Part shown: piece by piece, positions 62,157-64,000 of the stretch
How the letters are laid out: each line of letters starts with the position of its first letter
Numbering within the stretch: the stretch's first letter is position 1
Assembly: GCA_039961635.1 (NCBI GenBank)
Contig: JABRWB010000012.1
Location: forward strand, 22,273-86,272
Direction: 5' to 3'
Source: a bacterium
Lineage (GTDB): Bacteria > 4484-113 > JAGGVC01
DNA: 64,000 bases
Translations under genes and position numbers: made by a program
The notes under the pieces: model-generated
What the model saw: the letters and a program-made list of their open reading frames with translations, nothing else
Databases searched by the model: none
What the model was told of the DNA's origin: nothing

Positions 62157-62897
62157 GTGAACAACACAATCGACTTTAATCTTACCGTAGGCGAAATCGT
62201 GGCCGAGCGCATAGGACGCAGCCGCGTCCTGGAAAGCTACGGACTAGACTATTGCTGCGGCGGCGGAACACCGTTCGCGGACGCCTGCGCGGCGAAAGGA
62301 CTGGATCCCGACGAGGTCGCCGCGGCGATCGCCGAATCCGATGCCGCGCCCGCGGCGGGCGAGGACGACGGGGCGGACTACCGCAGCATGCCGCTTTCGC
62401 GTCTGTGCGACCACATCGAGGAAACGCACCACGTATTCATGAAGCGTGAGGTGCCGCGGCTGACCGAGCTTCTGGACAAAACGTTCAAGGCGCACGGCGA
62501 GAACCATCCGGAGCTTGCGCAGGTGGTGCGCGTATATGCGGGGCTGCGCGCCGAAATAGAAGCTCACTTGTTGAAGGAAGAACAGGTGCTTTTCCCGTTC
62601 ATCCGCCAGATGGAAGCGACCGGCGGGGTGCCGCAGTTCCATTGCGGAAGTCTTCAGGCGCCGATTGGCGTGATGCTGCAGGAGCACGACAACGCAGGCG
62701 ACGCGCTGCGCAAGCTGAGCGAACTGACGAACGGCTACGCTGTGCCGGAGGACGCCTGCAGCACTTACCGCGCCGCGCTTGACGGGCTGCGGGAGATGGA
62801 ACTCGACCTGCACCTGCACATCCACAAGGAGAACAACATCCTCTTCCCGCGGGCGCTGGAGGAGGAGCAGATTCGGTACGAAACGGCGGCGGGCTAG
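62157..62897 (+). CDS. ytfE: Iron-sulfur cluster repair di-iron protein (RIC/YtfE/ScdA family).
   Basis: GTG 62157 with perfect SD AAGGAGG 6 nt upstream. ScdA_N motif LDYCCGGG, then a hemerythrin-like H/E cation-binding region (HH..E...LFP). The track start 62028 is an over-extension. Confidence 0.8.
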   Translation: MNNTIDFNLTVGEIVAERIGRSRVLESYGLDYCCGGGTPFADACAAKGLDPDEVAAAIAESDAAPAAGEDDGADYRSMPLSRLCDHIEETHHVFMKREVPRLTELLDKTFKAHGENHPELAQVVRVYAGLRAEIEAHLLKEEQVLFPFIRQMEATGGVPQFHCGSLQAPIGVMLQEHDNAGDALRKLSELTNGYAVPEDACSTYRAALDGLREMELDLHLHIHKENNILFPRALEEEQIRYETAAG

Positions 62898-62937
62898 CCC
62901 GAAGCGGAATGCAAAAGGAGCAATTCAAAAGGGTGCG

Positions 62938-63591
62938 TCAGGCGCCCTTTATTTTTGCATTTACAATCATCACCGCGGTGGCGAGTTCCGCGTTGGAAGG
63001 GAAGCGGAGCTGCCCGTTCTGGTAAATGCTCCTCGCGTCGGTGTAGTAGCCGTAGTATTCCCATATCGAGCCGCCGACAAGAAAGTATGCGGGATTCTTC
63101 TCATCCAGGCCCAAATCGCGCCTGGTGCTAGTCACCTGCGCCGCGACGTCGCCGCGCGCCGCGCCCGTAACCGGCCCGTCGAAGCTGCCGGAACGTATCG
63201 CGCCGTACTGGTTCATGTCGCGCTCGGCCTTGAGCTTGTCCTGGAATTTCTTCAGCAGGATAGCCCACGTGCCGTTCTTTTTCGGCAGCTTGGAGCGGTC
63301 GCCGGAAACCAGTCCGGAAGTGATTTTCACGGTTTTCGACTCGCCGATCTTGTAAAGCTTGTCGTCCAGCAGAACGATTGCGGCATTTGCGCCCGCAACC
63401 GTTTTGATGGTGTCGTCGAGGCGCACAGGCATGCCAAGCTCGGCGTCCACGCCAGCAACCTTTACGTTCCCGTTGAAACTGACGACGAACGCGAGTATCT
63501 CCTTTTCCGCGGAAAAGGCCAGGGGCGCGTGAAAAACCGCGGACGCGTAAACGAGCAGTCCGCCGACTGCAGTCAGAATCAATCGAAACAT
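62938..63591 (-). CDS. Secreted FecR-domain-like protein, downstream of the adenylate/guanylate cyclase gene.
   Basis: Signal peptide MFRLILTAVGGLLVYASAVFHAPLAFSA. Segment GNVKVAGVDAELGMPVRLDDTIKTVAGANAAIVLLDDKLYKIGESKTVKI resembles the FecR/DUF4974 beta-sandwich. Assignment is weak. Confidence 0.4.
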   Translation of the reverse strand: MFRLILTAVGGLLVYASAVFHAPLAFSAEKEILAFVVSFNGNVKVAGVDAELGMPVRLDDTIKTVAGANAAIVLLDDKLYKIGESKTVKITSGLVSGDRSKLPKKNGTWAILLKKFQDKLKAERDMNQYGAIRSGSFDGPVTGAARGDVAAQVTSTRRDLGLDEKNPAYFLVGGSIWEYYGYYTDARSIYQNGQLRFPSNAELATAVMIVNAKIKGA

Positions 63592-63654
63592 GGTGTCCTC
63601 CGGGACAAGACATGCGAATTATACCCGCAAGAGGGGCGCGATTTTCGGGGAGCG

Positions 63655-64000
63655 TCAGATGCCGAGTTCTTTGTCCGCCCTGCCGTTCATCGCGCGCGCG
63701 CGTGAGCCGGCGCCCGACAGCTCGCCGACCCGGTAAATCACGACCGGTTGCGAGCGGCCGCGCACCGTGAAGCTGCCGATTTCGGAAAGCTCTGCGATTC
63801 CGTCCAGATCGGCCTTGGTTTCCTGGGTCACCACCACGGCGACGCCCTGGCGTTTCGCCTCCTCGACAATCCGCTGGCAAACGTTGACCGCGTCGCCTAT
63901 CACGGTGTATTCCATCCTTTGCGGGGAGCCGATGTTACCGACGCTCGCCGGCCCGGTGTGAACGCCGATGGTCGCGCCGAAATTTTCGACGCCGTAGCGC
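63655..64000 (-). CDS. Class III adenylate/guanylate cyclase catalytic domain (C-terminal part; the gene start lies beyond the window end).
   Basis: The minus strand reads ...[61 protein letters not shown]..., the canonical CYTH-unrelated class III cyclase core (GxHxGP...G...YTxxGDxVNxAxRL). The track shows only the internal-Met fragment 63655..63915. Confidence 0.75.
   Translation of the reverse strand, partial: RYGVENFGATIGVHTGPASVGNIGSPQRMEYTVIGDAVNVCQRIVEEAKRQGVAVVVTQETKADLDGIAELSEIGSFTVRGRSQPVVIYRVGELSGAGSRARAMNGRADKELGI

Noticed and set aside
1-64000. CRISPR arrays, rRNA genes, reverse transcriptases / DGRs, radical-SAM RiPP maturases
   Set aside because: None found on visual scan. 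No regularly spaced identical repeats with unique spacers, no RT or rSAM motifs in any confident CDS.

Overview
This window is high-GC (about 60-65 %) bacterial chromosomal DNA, probably from an uncultured lineage, that is rich in secreted lipoproteins carrying dockerin-like, PKD and pre-peptidase C-terminal (PPC) modules. The six-frame track reports only ORFs closed inside the window and, in high-GC DNA, many of its long ORFs are antisense artefacts. The clearest case is the + ORF 57..2141. The real gene there is on the minus strand and runs off the left edge: a membrane-anchored PAS sensor fused to an RsbU/SpoIIE-type PP2C phosphatase. The main blocks are as follows. (1) A cobalamin riboswitch with its own sigma70-like promoter drives a translationally coupled btuD-btuF-btuC-btuB-like uptake operon, followed by a beta-propeller-like lipoprotein. 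(2) A housekeeping run contains tdh, a DUF212/PAP2-like gene, tlyA, nadK, an EF-G paralog, rmuC, a GT4 glycosyltransferase, cstA, an epimerase, hypF, a GH57 branching enzyme and an rluD-family gene. (3) A two-gene operon encodes a Cys-rich MarR-family regulator plus a 69-aa protein ending in a metallothionein-like CxC/CC tail, a candidate metal-sensing/sequestering pair. (4) A cohesin-like lipoprotein is translationally coupled to a 1202-aa M6 (InhA-like) metalloprotease that ends in a dockerin-like module. Dockerin-like modules also occur in two paralogous giant lipoproteins, and a second cohesin-like, proline-rich lipoprotein is present. (5) An SOS-mutasome-like cassette (imuB-like plus dnaE2) is interrupted by a DUF72 gene on the opposite strand. 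It carries two copies of a roughly 55-bp nested-palindrome REP/MITE-like element, one of them translated in-frame inside dnaE2. (6) A tmRNA (ssrA) gene on the minus strand is flanked by a decayed island: a 5'-truncated IS481-like transposase, a HEPN/MNT toxin-antitoxin pair and a VOC-family gene fragment. Other features are a 5 x 15-nt tandem repeat in a 630-bp intergenic region, a stand-alone Clp D2-type AAA+ ATPase, a low-GC membrane-protein gene, and a class III nucleotidyl cyclase running off the right edge next to a FecR-like gene. No CRISPR array, rRNA or canonical tRNA was seen.
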